Shown here: one piece after another, positions 49,087-61,639 of the stretch
Layout: each line of letters begins with the position of its first letter
Position numbering within the stretch: position 1 is the stretch's first letter
Assembly (NCBI GenBank): GCA_051530055.1
Contig: CM121341.1
Location: forward strand, 10,766,784-10,830,783
From: Neoechinorhynchus agilis
Taxonomy: Eukaryota > Animalia > Acanthocephala
Reading direction: 5' to 3'
DNA: 64,000 bases
The notes under the pieces: generated by a model
Told to the model about the DNA's origin: nothing
Database searches by the model: none
What the model saw: only the letters and a program-made list of their open reading frames with translations
Program-made: the position numbers and the translations under genes

Positions 49087-50060
49087 CTAATCTTCATTTT
49101 TTATATCCTGAAGCTCCCACACGTGTTCATCATTTAACTTCCTCAGCATCCAACTAAATGTTTCTCTTGCGCATTGTCCTAGCCCCTTCATATCAGAAAG
49201 TTCTGCCATCGTATGGTATTTTGTCTCAGGTAAAAAGATTATCAGTATGGCAGCAAAAAGTGCAAAACCTCCAATCGAGAGCATAGTTGCGAGTCTTTGA
49301 GTAGTCAGTTGATCTTTCAAGAAAGGACTTAAAGCTGTTAATATTCAAGCGACAAAAAAAGCAAATCCAAATCCGAATTGTCTGTACTTCGTTGGAAATA
49401 GCTCTGTTACGAGCATCCAAACGATATCACCATTAGTCGAAGTCGAGAACTTTGCGATGTGATTGAAGACCTTCAAGGCTTCGTTATTGCTTGAAGGAAG
49501 GACAAATATTATAGATATGAATGCAAGCAAAAGATTGCTGAAAAGACTTAGAGTTTTTCGTCCGAAGAATTTCGGTGCGACGCTACATAAGACAAACTGT
49601 GGAATTTCAATAATAGTTGTGATAAAGAAATGGAGGTAGATGTTGGACGAAAATGCGGACGCTGATAGTGTAAATCCGAAATAACCAAAAAAAGCCAATG
49701 ACATTATGATACATCCACAAAACAACGAGTATGGAAACACAATTGACGAAAACATTGCTTTTAAGTTTTTCTTTATTCGATTTAGCAGCGTTACACGAGT
49801 TTGGACCTCTGAATTATCGGCTATTAGTCTGATGTCGTCAAGTAAAAGAAACATTTGATCTTGTGGTTTCGTTGAATTTGATTGCGACTGTAACATAAAC
49901 TGTCAAATAAAGATTCCGCCACCCTCTAACAAAATAAGCGACTAAATCCAACATCAACATTCCTATACACCAAACGAAATTAGCTTTTATGAACGGGATA
50001 CCTCTGTATTCGACTGCGAAAATTTCAACGCTAAGAATATGACAAGAAATTTCACCCATC
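49087..50060 (-). pseudogene. SLC22/MFS organic cation transporter-like fragment, probably a pseudogene
   Basis: VEIFAVEYRG..WCIGMLMLDLVAYFVRGWRNLYL, NIYLHFFITTIIEIPQF..FGRK, TELFPTKYRQFG, LPETK. Lesions: 5' end missing, PESPRW region absent, frameshift near 49850-49895, in-frame TGA at 49345-49347. Confidence 0.8.
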
Positions 50061-50760
50061 TGCCAGGCAAAAAGTTGCTCTCTTCCCTAAAAAAGATTTT
50101 AGGATCATTATTGTCCAACTTGTTTTCCGTTTTCCTTTTATAAGGATTAAAGGAAGGAGATTTATCCATAGTCATCACATTCACCTTATCTTCCATTGCG
50201 ATATCTTCCATATTATCAACCATCCTACTCTCTTCCGACTTACACCTTCCCGAGTCACCGTTCTTGTCTAGTGAATTTTTTAACGAATTTATTATTACGC
50301 CTTTTTCTTCAAATTTTTGTAAAGAACTTTGACTTGGTCGTGCAGGGAGCGAATTTGACCCACTAAGGATTCCAAAAACTGTCTATCATATGCTTGGCTA
50401 AATAAAGTATTATGAGGACAGGAGCGCGAGGCTTGCTTCTGTTTACCCAGGCATTGGATTTATAACCGTTAGAATTTTCATATGATTTGAAGTATTTTAC
50501 TGCTGCAGGGCAGAACCTTTTAAAGGCTTCTTGATTTCCACCACAATTGCAACAACATATTCTACTGCTTTGGCATGATGAAGAAAGATGATTTTCGGCA
50601 CAGGTGCCGCATTTCGTATCATTTTTGCATTATGAAATAGAATGGCCCATTTGTTGCATTTCTTACATTGGGTCAAAATATAATCATAAATCGAGTTTGG
50701 TCTGGGAAAAGAAAAGTTTATCCAGTGGGCCAGAAAACCCGCCGAAGTGCCTTTTAATTT
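50060..50760 (-). mobile_element. ORF1 fragment (triple CCHC) of an A/D-group LINE
   Basis: SIYDYI.TQCKKCNKW..C..KCGTCAENH..C..CCNCGGNQEAFK is paralogous to ORF 25139. Confidence 0.75.
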
Positions 50761-50842
50761 ATAAATTATGTTAGATGAACATTGTACTAGTAGAGCATAA
50801 GGAGGGCCGGGCAGCTAATAAGGATTAGGTGGAAATTGTTCA

Positions 50843-51367
50843 CTATAACGCTTTCCTTCCGACCATAGACATCATATCAAGCTGGATCAAAGGGTAGAAG
50901 TACAGTCCGCTGTTGAAGTCCCAGTTAAACCGGACCCCCGAAGCGAAAGGTACATCTAACCTTCTCAGAAGGGGATGAGCGTACGAGTTATTCGCAGCAC
51001 AAATGAACGAATAGATGTTTTCTTGCAGTGTAATCGATTCATATGTCTCGCCCATGTGAGATCCCGCGGGAAGCGTCAGACCGAAAACGTCATAAGGGAA
51101 ACCTCCCACTTCGCTTTTCCGGCAGAAGATGAACCTTTCGACTGTCCGAGCATCGTCCTCCATAGTCACCACGATCACATAAAACGTGGGAGCCGTCCGT
51201 ACCCCGAAGGTGTCCAAGAGCATGTGGTACGAATAAGTACCTTCTGACTCAACAGCATAGTTCTCACAAATAGGGATGGGATTCCATGGTGTGCGGACTA
51301 GTAAGCATATTTGTTCCGGTGGATCCGCGAACTTCCTGAGACGCAAAGCAACAACATAACGATCCAA
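50843..51367 (-). CDS. Unknown ~170-aa protein, copy 2
   Basis: Near-identical to 19640-20160; the listed start is a TTG codon. Confidence 0.5.
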   Translation of the reverse strand: MDRYVVALRLRKFADPPEQICLLVRTPWNPIPICENYAVESEGTYSYHMLLDTFGVRTAPTFYVIVVTMEDDARTVERFIFCRKSEVGGFPYDVFGLTLPAGSHMGETYESITLQENIYSFICAANNSYAHPLLRRLDVPFASGVRFNWDFNSGLYFYPLIQLDMMSMVGRKAL

Positions 51368-51969
51368 CGAATGGCTGCGCTGTGCACCGCCCTCTTCCCA
51401 TACTGCCCGATCGCTAGCTATCCTCTAAAAGCAATCCGTTACATTAAGTTAAATACAAACGACCTCAAACGGCACACTGTGCCAAAAACCTGTAGACAGT
51501 GCCTCCCACGACGATCGTTACAGCAGGGGCGGGCTAGTGAGGGCTGGTTCCTCATCTACTGAAAGTAGCTCCCTTAATGGCGTGAAATTGGAAGGGGACC
51601 CATCTATAGTATGACTCATACAGCTAGCTCCACAAATCGTTAAAAATGCGAGCTTTTCCTGACGCTTTCGCTGGAGGGGGCTACCAGATTGACCATGTTG
51701 ACCGAATCCGCAAATTCCATCTTAGAGATGAAGTTAACCATGTCTGAAGTTATTAAATTGAACTCCCGATCTTCGCATGCAATGCCGTCCACTCGATGAA
51801 GGTCACACGAATGTAATATCGATCTTCAACCGGGCCAGAAGCTACTGTAGAGACCGTCCTCCGGTCGGAAGTGGTCAACTTACCGACGGTGCCCGATCGA
51901 ACTACTGACACTACGCTAGGGAACCACAACCAAATAGTGGCCATCAAATCCTGTTGCGTATGACCAGGG

Positions 51970-52445
51970 TCAATTCGAATTTGCCGAAAGCTTCTTTTTT
52001 TGATGAGAAGGAGGCTGACGCCTTGAAAATTCGCAATGAAGAGTTCAATAAAACTCGAGCGTGTTACAATTCGCCATTGAAAATACAAAACCACTCGAAG
52101 GAACAATTGGATGGAATTAATTTTTCTATGATTCTATCTTTTCAAAAAACCGCCGTAATTATTTGACGATAATAAAACGTAAAGCAAATAAATGAGTATG
52201 TCGACGTTATACGATTGACGCTAAAAAATAAAACCGTGCTTCTTCCGTATTTACACCGTTTTCATTCTCATCGTCGAATCGAGTGCGTGCTTCGTTTCAC
52301 CATTTTTACGCAACGGCGTCGATGTGCTCTTCCAAGTGACTTAAAGTGAGATCGAGCATTTCGACTGCTTAAAGTGTGGGTTATTAATGCTCAATTGAAA
52401 AGGTAATCAATCTTATAATTTTCATGCAATTACGGTAATTTTTTT
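51970..52445 (+). repeat. Unclassified dispersed repeat, copy 2
   Basis: See 13085-13500. Confidence 0.85.
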
Positions 52446-52474
52446 TGTTCGAGTGGAGAAAGTAATTAAATTTA

Positions 52475-52525
52475 ATTAAATTAAATATTTCGATCCTCTA
52501 TCTCGGATCTTCTTCAGTATCTGAA
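52475..52525 (-). ncRNA. Minimal hammerhead ribozyme motif (PLE-type)
   Basis: Minus strand AGATA-CTGAAGA-A-GATCC-GAGATAGA-GGATC-GAAA-TATTTAATT; same family as 8562-8605. Confidence 0.75.
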
Positions 52526-53030
52526 AAACACAAACAGGGATTGTCAATCACTTAGTGTCTAATAATATCCGGCGAAAGTCTCAATCTCAGCTTGAAATCC
52601 GACTTGTTGCCATTGAACGTTTCGAAGGCATCTATGTAGAGGGCTTCCACGATAATTCGATCGAAACGACAATTGTTGCAAACGAGGGTAGTCGCACCAC
52701 TAAAATCAATAGTGTGGCCTGTGTTTTTTGCATGGGCCACCACCGCGGAACTAATGTCCGTTTACGTGCAATTGATGACCTGTGCTCGTTCATTCGTCAG
52801 TTGAAATTATTGGTCTGTCCCACATAGACCTGTTCGCAACCGGAACACGGAATTCGGTAGACCGCACCAGATGAGTGTTGGCCATTCTTGGGACATATCA
52901 GTCCATGTAGAGTGCGTCCCCTCTTAGTGAATACATCTACTCGTTTGGCCTCACATCCCGATTTGATGATGCGCTCCATTGTATGAAACGAGCGATCATC
53001 AGGAAATGGCAGCTCGACAAACATCGCTTC
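52475..53030 (-). mobile_element. Penelope-like element 3' fragment (GIY-YIG)
   Basis: GAVYRIPCSGCEQVYVGQT..R..EH..VAHAKNTGHTIDF..DRIIVEALYI. Confidence 0.85.
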
Positions 53031-54893
53031 CTTTGTTGACTTCGTTTCCTTTCCTCAGTCCATAGAAACATCATTCTCGGGGGTTTTTGTGATAACGCGA
53101 GGTATAGTGGACGCATCAACTTGGAAGCCGCCGGCATAAAGTGGTGGTAAAAATTTACCATGCCCACGAACTCCTGAAGGGCCTTCACTGTCGTTGGCCG
53201 TGGAAAACTTCGAATGGCTTCCACCTTGCTGGGCATCGGGATGGTTCCTTCTTCACTGACACGATGACCTAGAAAGTCGAGAGCATTTACGCCGAATACG
53301 CACTTTGGCAGGTTGATGGCCAGTCCCTGTTCAGCTAGACGAGTGAATAGGACTCTAAGGTCGCGTAAATGATCGGCCTGATTGTAGCTGGCGATGAGGA
53401 TGTCATCCAGGTACAAGAAAGCGAAATCAAGGCCGAAGCACTGAGAAATCGTGGATGTGAGGGACCGGATATCTATCAGGAGTGGTGATTTCGTTTAATC
53501 GTCGACAATCGCCGCACGGCCTCCATGTGCCGTCTGATTTCGGAACCACGTGTAACGGAGACGCCCACTGGCTGCTTGATCGTCGAATGATTCCGAGCGA
53601 TTCCATTCTGGCGAATTCCTCTTGTGCGATGGCTAGTTTCTCAGGTGTAAGGCGTCGCGCGCGCGTGGATAGGAGCACAATTCGTTTGAATGTGGTGCCG
53701 CGCACCATACTTCACCTCAATACCCGAGAAATCGTGAGTACTGATGCCCGGGAATGCACTCAACATCTTTGCGTAAATCGAAATTTTTGGACTTGTCATA
53801 TTCACTTGAGCTACTTCGGTTTCTTTTCGTGATGAGGGAATACCTTCTCCCCTGTGGTTTAATGGGTCGACCAACTTTTCCCACGGACACCGACTAACAG
53901 TCCGCTGTGTCGAAGGAAATCAGCCCCACCGAAACGAAGCACCACCATCCGGCTCCCGAATGTTTTGATTGAGGAGCCGTTAGCCGTGGTAAGTGTTCGG
54001 CTTTGTGCACTAACTGACTTATCAGCTATCGATGCCGGCATAACACTCACCTCGGCACCGGTGTCCACTAGAAATCGTCGACTTGTCCCACTGTCGTGAA
54101 CATAGAATAACGTGTTTATTTCCTTAGCAGTTTTTTAGACGCGTCTTGTGCCATCGAACAAGGTGGTCGACAACGCTTGGCGCGGTTGCCGTACCGTTGG
54201 TGATAGAAGCAAATATCCGTTTGCCTCTTTTTGGTTTGTTCGACAGGGAATACGAAATCGGTGTTTTGTTTAATCGATCCCGCGGTGCACCGCTTTGCCC
54301 TGAACAATTCGTCGGCTGCTTGTGCAAGTTTACGGGGATCCGTAATCTTGGAGTGAACAAGTACCGAGCGCATATCCTCAGGTAGCCGCTCCATGAACAC
54401 CTGTCCCGAGGTATCCTAACATCTTGTCCATGAGTTCTGATGGTTGAGCGTCCCCTAGTTCCTCCTTGCGTAGAATCCGGCTGGCACGCTCGTATTCCGA
54501 CAAGGAAAATGTATCGAGTAAGCGGTCTTTGAGTGCGTCGTACTTCTTTTGTTGCGGCGGAGTTTCCAGGAGATCTATTACTCGTCCGGCAGTATTTTGA
54601 TCCAGAGCTGCGAGGACGTAATAGAATTTGGCGTCGTCTGCCGTAATGCCCCTCAGTGCAAATTGAGCCTCAGCTTGTACGAACCACACTCGGGATTGTT
54701 TGATCCAAAAGGTGGCAGTTTCATGCTTACCGCTTGAATCGATGCCTGACTGTCCATATCTTGTTGCTTCGCTAACAAGCGTCGGGGTCACCAATGTTGT
54801 TCAACACCAAAAACCAACGCGCTCTGTTTTCTAGTTGTACTGCATGCACCATGCGTGCATATCGATTGGTGGACCTCTGACGTACTCGCCACA
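53030..54893 (-). mobile_element. CsRn1-like Ty3/gypsy element: 5' LTR, PBS, gag, protease, partial RT; 3' half missing
   Basis: 99-bp TG..CA LTR 54893-54795; PBS TGGTGACCCCGAC (54793-54781, complementary to the tRNA-Trp 3' end); gag WFVQAEAQF..ITADDAKFYY and CFYHQRYGNRAKRCRPPC; FLVDTGAEVS; [17 protein letters not shown]; YLDDILIAS. Confidence 0.9.
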
Positions 54894-54939
54894 GATACAT
54901 CCTAAATGAACCTTTTTAATTTGCAAACGTCAGAAAAAT

Positions 54940-56115
54940 TAGATAACATCGATGAAATCACCCATCGTATATACCCCAAAAAGCATACCAGGACTTACAC
55001 GCTTAATCGCATTATTTATTTTGTTTCTGGTATCTTATATGAACGCCAATAGGTAAACTAAAGACAAAGATTAGCGACAAAACCCGATATATGCGAGTGA
55101 AATCAGCTTTTAAAGTCGACCACGAAAAGGTGAATTATCTATAAATTAATGGATTTTTTGATATTGATAATCATGGTATTTTGTAAAAAAAATTGAAAGA
55201 CGAGAAACTAAAGAACTTTTAAAGCTATCGCAAATCTGAAAACGGAATTGTAATCAGCGAAGCGAGTCAACAAATACTAAATGGGCAACATTGTATATGG
55301 CTAGCTTTCGTTCTAACGTCGCAAATCGGATTGGTTTAATTCGTGAAAAGTCATAAACGTGAAAGATTATTATATCTACAAACGTGAACAAAATAGGATA
55401 ACATCAATATCAGCGTTAAAAACTAATCAAGAAAAGGTTAATTGATTAAAAAATTAATTTGTATCTTGATATTGATAATCACGGTTGTTTGTCCAAAAAT
55501 TTAAAGACAAATAACTCAAGAATTATTAAAGCAACCGCAAATTTGTAATCAGATTCAGAATCAGTGCGCCGAGAGGTACTAAGCTGACAATACTGTGTAT
55601 TGCCCGCTATTGTATAAGGGTCGAAAATCGACTTTGTTCAATTCGTTAAAAGTCATAAACGTGAAAGATTATTATATCTACAAACGTCAACCAAGTTGGA
55701 TAACATCAATAAAACCACCGCATCAAAAATACCCCAAAAAGCTTACCAGGTCTATATGCTTAATCGCTTTTATTATTTATTTATCGTGTTTTTATGAACT
55801 CCAATAGGTAAATTAAAGACAAGGATGACCATTGCGACAAAAACCGGTATATGCAGGTTAAATCAGCGTTGAAAGCTGATCAAGAAAAGGTTAATTAATT
55901 AAAAAGTATATTGATATTTTGATATTGATAATCACTGTTGTTTGCCCAAAAATTTAAAGACAAATAATTCAAGAACTGTTTAAGCTATCGCAAATCTGAA
56001 AAAGAACCAACGTATTTTATTGAACGATTTACAATACTGTACATTTCTCGCTTTCGTATAAACGTCGCAAATCGATTTTGATCAATTCGTAAAAAGTCAT
56101 AAACGTGTAAGATCA
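54940..56115. repeat. Degenerate ~450-bp tandem repeat, 3 copies (middle copy internally deleted)
   Basis: TTGATATTGATAATCA at ~55158/55467/55919; AAAAGTCATAAACGTG at ~55346/55647/56093; ATACCCCAAAAAGC at ~54971 and ~55729. Confidence 0.8.
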
Positions 56116-57149
56116 TTACCAAATATGATAATGCGATTTCCGACGCCAATAACACAGCTGTAGTTTACTGAATATTTTCATTTAGTAAATCTTAAAGCTC
56201 GGATTCCAAATCTGTATTCGGACTTGCGATAGCTGTCACTGTTCTTGAGTTATTCCTTGCCCAATTTTTAGACTAATAAAAATGATTATCGATGTTAAAA
56301 CATCAACAAATTTCCTACCAATTTAACTTTTCTAGATCTGCTTTTGATGCTGAATTCACCTGCCTTAACTGTTTCTTATGGCTTGTGAAATCTCGACATT
56401 TAGTTTTAAGATTGAAGTTCATAAAAGACACCTGAATTAAATCCATGGTGCTTGAAAGTTGTAACGAAATGAAAAAACATTTTGAGCATATCTGATGCGC
56501 TGATTTCAAAGGTGTTATCCAATTTTAATGTATCTTGCAAATTTAGTGATCGTATACCATAGATTCGATATATTCTAAATTGTTCTAAAGTGTTGCCTTA
56601 AATACAATGCAGGACGTATAACAGTTATGGTAAAAATGTTATTATTGCAAAAGAGTAAACTTGATGATATAACCTACAATTTCCATTCGCAATATAAAGT
56701 ACTAATCCCCATTTCCATAGTATACTTGCCAAGTAAAAGAAAAAAACATTTTGTTTTATGTCATTATAATGGCAGTTTGCTTATAAGCATACATACATTG
56801 TATCTTTGCAAAAATCTTGCCCCAGACGAAGTCATTACAAAATTGCGAAGAACACCGACTGATTGTAATCTCGCTAATGCGATCGAAAACATTTTATACG
56901 GCGCTGCTAAAACTCTATTATAGATAGTTTGAATTACGTCTGAAACTGTAGATTTAGTGTATTGGATCATCGATAGGAAAGTTTGAATATTGATCACTAT
57001 CCAGTGTTGCAAACCTTTGTAATGATGTAAGTAACGAAAGATAGTCATTATCGTGAATACACCTGAAGTTCTGATCCTATTTCCATCGCATAGTGATGAA
57101 TGACGATTTAAATATAGATATAAACACTTTTTGTTTGAAAAGAGGCAGA

Positions 57150-57690
57150 AGCATAAGTTTCCGAACCTTGTATGTTGGGTAAGTTTACTTTGGTCGGTTT
57201 ATTTGTAGTTGTTGTTTTCCGCTCTTTCCTCCGAATCAATTAGCATTTGGAGGATTGAGCAGTGGGGAAGGAGCGTAGGTAGAGATTTGTGCGAGGAACT
57301 GAAGGATAGAAAATGTTGGGGCGACGCGAATGTTGTAAGTGTGAGTAAAAGGAGAAATCTGTGGTAGAAATCGGGAGGAAGAGAATTAAAGCGCTTTGAG
57401 TGCTTTTGAAAGATTAGAGAAAGGTGTTTTTCTAAATGCACGAGTTCGGAGGAGCAGATTGGAGCTCGCCTCTTGTGAGAGGTATTAAGTTGTTGGAAAA
57501 GGTTAGAAGAAAGATTGCAGAAGGTTGGATATGCGCGTAAGTGATCGTTGGTAGGATGGCGATGTTATAGAAATACTTAAGGTCTTTGGATGATAATACA
57601 AGGAATCGGAGACGCTTAAGAAGATAGAGTTTAACGGACCTTTGTGCAACGAAATTGATCCCCGGTACCACGATATATAAATCAATCAAT
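57150..57690 (-). mobile_element. CR1/L2-like LINE 3' fragment
   Basis: AQRSVKLYLLKRLRFL..LKYFYNIAILPTITYA; C/T-rich sense strand. Confidence 0.7.
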
Positions 57691-58204
57691 TACCCATGGT
57701 TTAATTTTCATAAGCAAGAATAAAATATTGTACTTAGTCCGCAAACGCTTGGTTGAAAAGTTCTGCCACGATTTACTTCAAAATAAAGTTTAAATTCTTA
57801 AAGAACTACATCATCTAAATTAAGGAAAGAATTTATTTTGACTTTGTGTCAGTTCATATTAGTTAACGCAAATATCCGATGCAAGCAAATAGTATACCAA
57901 GTAGTTCGTATATTTAACTGCGGCCTAAGAGGTATAAGTAGTAATCTATCAAGTTATCGTACAAAGGAAATGGAGTCATTACACGGTTTATCGTAAATAC
58001 GATGCGTTTTATCGTTAGCTACAGATTTTTGACTAGATTATTCCCTAAAGTTGAGGATACCTCCCAATAAGACATTGAGGAGTGCGATTGGATGAAATAT
58101 TTCAATTAAAGTCAGTCTGATATAATTTTTTCCCCACCGCCACATACTCATGGATTTTATCTTTAACTGAATTTGAAATATTATAACAACACTTATACCA
58201 CAAC

Positions 58205-59175
58205 CTTTTTCGATTCCGAAATCAGCTGTATTGTCAAGTCCGTGGTCTCTCTATGGGTAACAGTCTTGCGCCAGTCTTGACTAATCTATTCCTCGATGGC
58301 TTAGAGGGTGTGGACGATGTGCTGCTAACCTACCACGAGGATAGTGAGGTCGACACAATCAAAGAAAAGCTAAATTCGATGGATTTAGCAGGTCGCATCA
58401 AGGTTACTCGGGATAAGCCAAGTGACTATCTACCGTTCCTGAACCTCTGTTTTATGGTGAATGACCCAATAGCAAGAACATGGTACAGGAAGCCATGCAA
58501 GAAGGATCTGGTCCTTCATCGTGAGTCGCACCATCCATGGATCATCAAGCAATCTATCTTCACAGAAATGTGGAAAACAGCAAGGATATGTGCTTCCACG
58601 GATCATGGAAAACACGAGGCGGAGGAGCGGATTAAGCAACTGTTCTCATTGCCAGGTTGACGGCTGGTGCGAGGAAAATAGAGAGAAGACCCGATCGACG
58701 AAGTAGATTAGCAGAGGAAAGTCTACCAGTTCTAAAAATCCCATTCGTCGATGAAAGATTCACGACCGAAGTCAAGAAAGCATTGCGGCAATGCAAGTTA
58801 AAAGCGCGAGTTGTCCACAGGATAGGGCCATCACTCAGACAGATTTTGACGCAGACCGAGCACCACGAGGATCAAAATCGTTGTCCGAAGGCATGCCTGA
58901 TGTGCCACCATTGCAGCCCTTCAAGGAACGAAGAAGGACGATTCCTCGGACCGTCTTGCCAATCAACATGCGTGGTATATAGGATGTTGTGCCGGCTATG
59001 CAAGGACGAAGGACGGACAACGTCCTACGTTGGCAAGACGGAAAGAACATTACGTTCACGTGTGACGGAACATGTGCGTAATGCGCGCAATCCGACAGCT
59101 CCGTCATACCGGTCGACCCCATGGGCTACCCATTTCGCTACCTCTCACGTTGGTGCCAGCCCAGCCTTCGAGATT
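58205..59175 (+). mobile_element. 5'-truncated, internally deleted Penelope-like element (RT C-half + GIY-YIG)
   Basis: FRNQLYCQVRGLSMGNSLAP, VDD, YLPFL, WYRKP..LHRESHHP..K, LKIPFVDE, CVVYRMLCRLC..YVGKTERTLRSRVTEH. Confidence 0.9.
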
Positions 59176-59424
59176 CGAAAATGCTCCAAGGACCAAGCTC
59201 TTCGACTTGGAGTCAATGGATGGATTCGCAACACAAACAAAAATACTGTAGACGGGTACTTGGAGGGTCCAAAGGAACATGTTGAGTCGATGATGGAGTG
59301 GTTAAGGAATAAGGGAAGTCCAATGAGCAAAATCACCAAGGCTGAGTTTCGAGGCAAAAGGAACATTATTGAAACTACAATGTCTACCTTCGAAATTAGG
59401 AAATACAGTTTTAGCGAGAAGTGA
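59176..59424 (+). CDS. ACYP: Acylphosphatase C-terminal ~80 aa, in frame with the PLE endonuclease
   Basis: RKCSKDQALRLGVNGWIRNTNKNTVDGYLEGPKEHVESMMEWLRNKGSPMSKITKAEF..FEIRK aligns with the ACYP pattern RK...A..LG..GW..N...TV.G..QG....V..M.EWL...GSP.S.I.KA.F; AATAAA ~60 bp after the stop. Confidence 0.9.
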   Translation, partial: RKCSKDQALRLGVNGWIRNTNKNTVDGYLEGPKEHVESMMEWLRNKGSPMSKITKAEFRGKRNIIETTMSTFEIRKYSFSEK

Positions 59425-59759
59425 GTGATAATTGCAGAATATAAGTTTGTTGAGAATGCAAATTGATTGTTGCATTGACTCAATAAAGGATCATCGAACC
59501 AATTTATGTTGCGTTACTTCAGTTTGTATATGACGTTCGCTTTTATCTATATTTACAGTTAAAAGTCTAACTCTCTAATTGACATTTAATTAATTACTGT
59601 ACAAACCAACCGACGCAATGAGGCCTCTATTTAAGCATTAGCTGATGAAATTTTCAAATCTAGCACGAATTTAAGTATATTTATTTGTTTAAAAGCAGTA
59701 CGCGTCCAAATATCTCAGTGAGTTCAAGAACATGCAAACAAACGAAAAGGAGGAATTTG

Positions 59760-60450
59760 TGAACGAAACTTTCAATGGCGTCTTTACCGAATCACAAGCA
59801 CGGAAGGATAGTAACACACAGGTTTCTGAGCTCGGATCCCTCCATGGACCCGAGCAGTAAGGGCTGTTCCAATTTGGCTGGTTGTATCGTTGCCCAAGAT
59901 GATGATGCACACAAACCTACAGGACATTGTTCAGTATGCGGTCGCAAATTCGGATTGACCTCGATGGGTTTAATTAGGAAACACGGTCCATTGAAAACGA
60001 GATGTATTGGTTCTTCCCTTCCACCTTTACCTCCACAATCCTTCAGTGGTGGCCAATCTGACTCAGTATCTCCAATCGTCTCCCTGATCAGCACCTTGCC
60101 ACAAAACATACTATAAAGGATCCCAAAAGGCGCGAGATACCAATGTGCGAGGTTCTATTCGACACTGCTCTCGAAGTGCGTCTCTGAGCCGATCGAAGCT
60201 AACTACTTGCGGTTATTCGCCTTTTCTAGAATAATCTTGAACACAAACCGCGATTCGGACAGTAATCTCACCTGTACGATCAAAAAGCGACTCAAGGATT
60301 ATGACAATTTATTTGGGATAAGCTTGAGTAGATCTATGGAGTCGCCTTCAATCGAAGCTAAACGCCCAAAATGCTCAGACCAACGTTCTCTCCTTGCCAA
60401 GAGTCTCTGCAAAACTGGTGCAGTTCGGTTGCTAAGTTCGACGGACTCAT
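59760..60450 (+). mobile_element. CRE-like element 5' ORF fragment
   Basis: HCSVCGRKFGL...IRKHGP...C followed by IPKGAR..LLSK..LRLFAF resembles the N-terminal region of CRE-like elements. Confidence 0.55.
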
Positions 60451-61400
60451 TTGCTAGTCAACGGTATAGTATATCTTGTGCTAGTAGACGCTTGCACCAA
60501 ATGGCCGGAGGTGTGGACATTGGGGAATAACAGCACTTCCAAAAGAGTGATCGAATGTCTACGGAGTTGTTTTAGCAGATTCGGAGTGCCTCGGTCCATA
60601 GTGTCGGACAATGGACCCCAATTCAGAGGATTTCAGAAAGTTTTGTCAAGAGCGTCAGATAAGACACATTCGTGCGAGCCCCTACCATCCTAGAACTTAC
60701 GGCCTTGCCAAGCGACATTGAAATGACGGACGCGCAAATTGGGGGAAGGAATGCCGAAGGAGAGCATAGATGCTTTCCTGATGGCTTGCCGGAATACGCC
60801 TCATGCTACAACCGGAATAGCACCTGCCACAATGATGCTTGGTCGAAGATTGAACACTATCTTCGATAACATCAAGCCCAACACCGAATCAAGGGTAGAG
60901 CCACGATTGGCAGCAGCGCGTGATCGGAAGGGATCAGAAAAGAAGATGAGCACGTTCGACGAGGACCAACCGATTCAGTTCAAAGAGGATAAAGCAAGCC
61001 CGTGGGGGTCGGGAAAATTAGTCGCGATAAACGGTCCAGTGTCGTATGGCGTGCAGGACGATAATGGCCGGGAGCGACGGTGCAATACGGATTTCATAAG
61101 AGAAAAGGAATCCAGTTCGGCAGAGGAGAACGAAAAAGTGACACACATAGACCTGGATTCGAATCAGAAGTCACACTACCAGACAGTCCAGTGGAACACA
61201 TTGAAGATGAATCGGTCCCACCACGTCGAAGTACATGGACCAGGCGTCGACCTGTTCTACCATACGATTCGTACTTGAGAAAGGGAGAAATGTGATGGTA
61301 GTAATCGATCGGTGACGTGCGTGTGTGGTGCGTGTGAGTGTCCATTGGTGTGCGTGATACGCGTGTTGGTTTTTGGTTTTCGGCAATAAAAACGTTATCA
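60450..61400 (+). mobile_element. Ty3/gypsy 3' end: integrase remnant, PPT, 110-bp LTR
   Basis: LVLVDACTKWPEV..FGVPRSIVSDNGPQF, RNTPHATTGIAPATMMLGRRL, RRSTWTRRRP..YD; PPT GAGAAAGGGAGAAA, then LTR TG(61291)..AATAAA..CA(61400). Confidence 0.85.
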
Positions 61401-61639
61401 GTTAATGGAGACTCCGATATCATCCGAGACCCCGGTAGCAGTGGCAAAAACTGAAAAGGAGATCGAATCTCACTTCTCTGATCCAGGGCACGAAACACTG
61501 TCGGTGTTGCACTACTCACGCAATAGCTGTCGTTTTTGTGGAGAGAAGATTCACCCGCAATGCAGACCATTAATCGGAAAACGACGTTTCCAATGATTTC
61601 AAAATATTTCTTTTTACATTGATTATTAGAATCAACTCA

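Noticed and set aside
49884-49897. 13-nt GT-AG 'intron' restoring the SLC22 frame
   Set aside because: Shorter than known spliceosomal introns and does not restore the missing TM6/PESPRW segment.
50780-50815. Helitron 3' end (CTAG|T) after the duplicated orphan ORF
   Set aside because: No convincing GC-rich hairpin upstream, and copy 1 diverges before this point.
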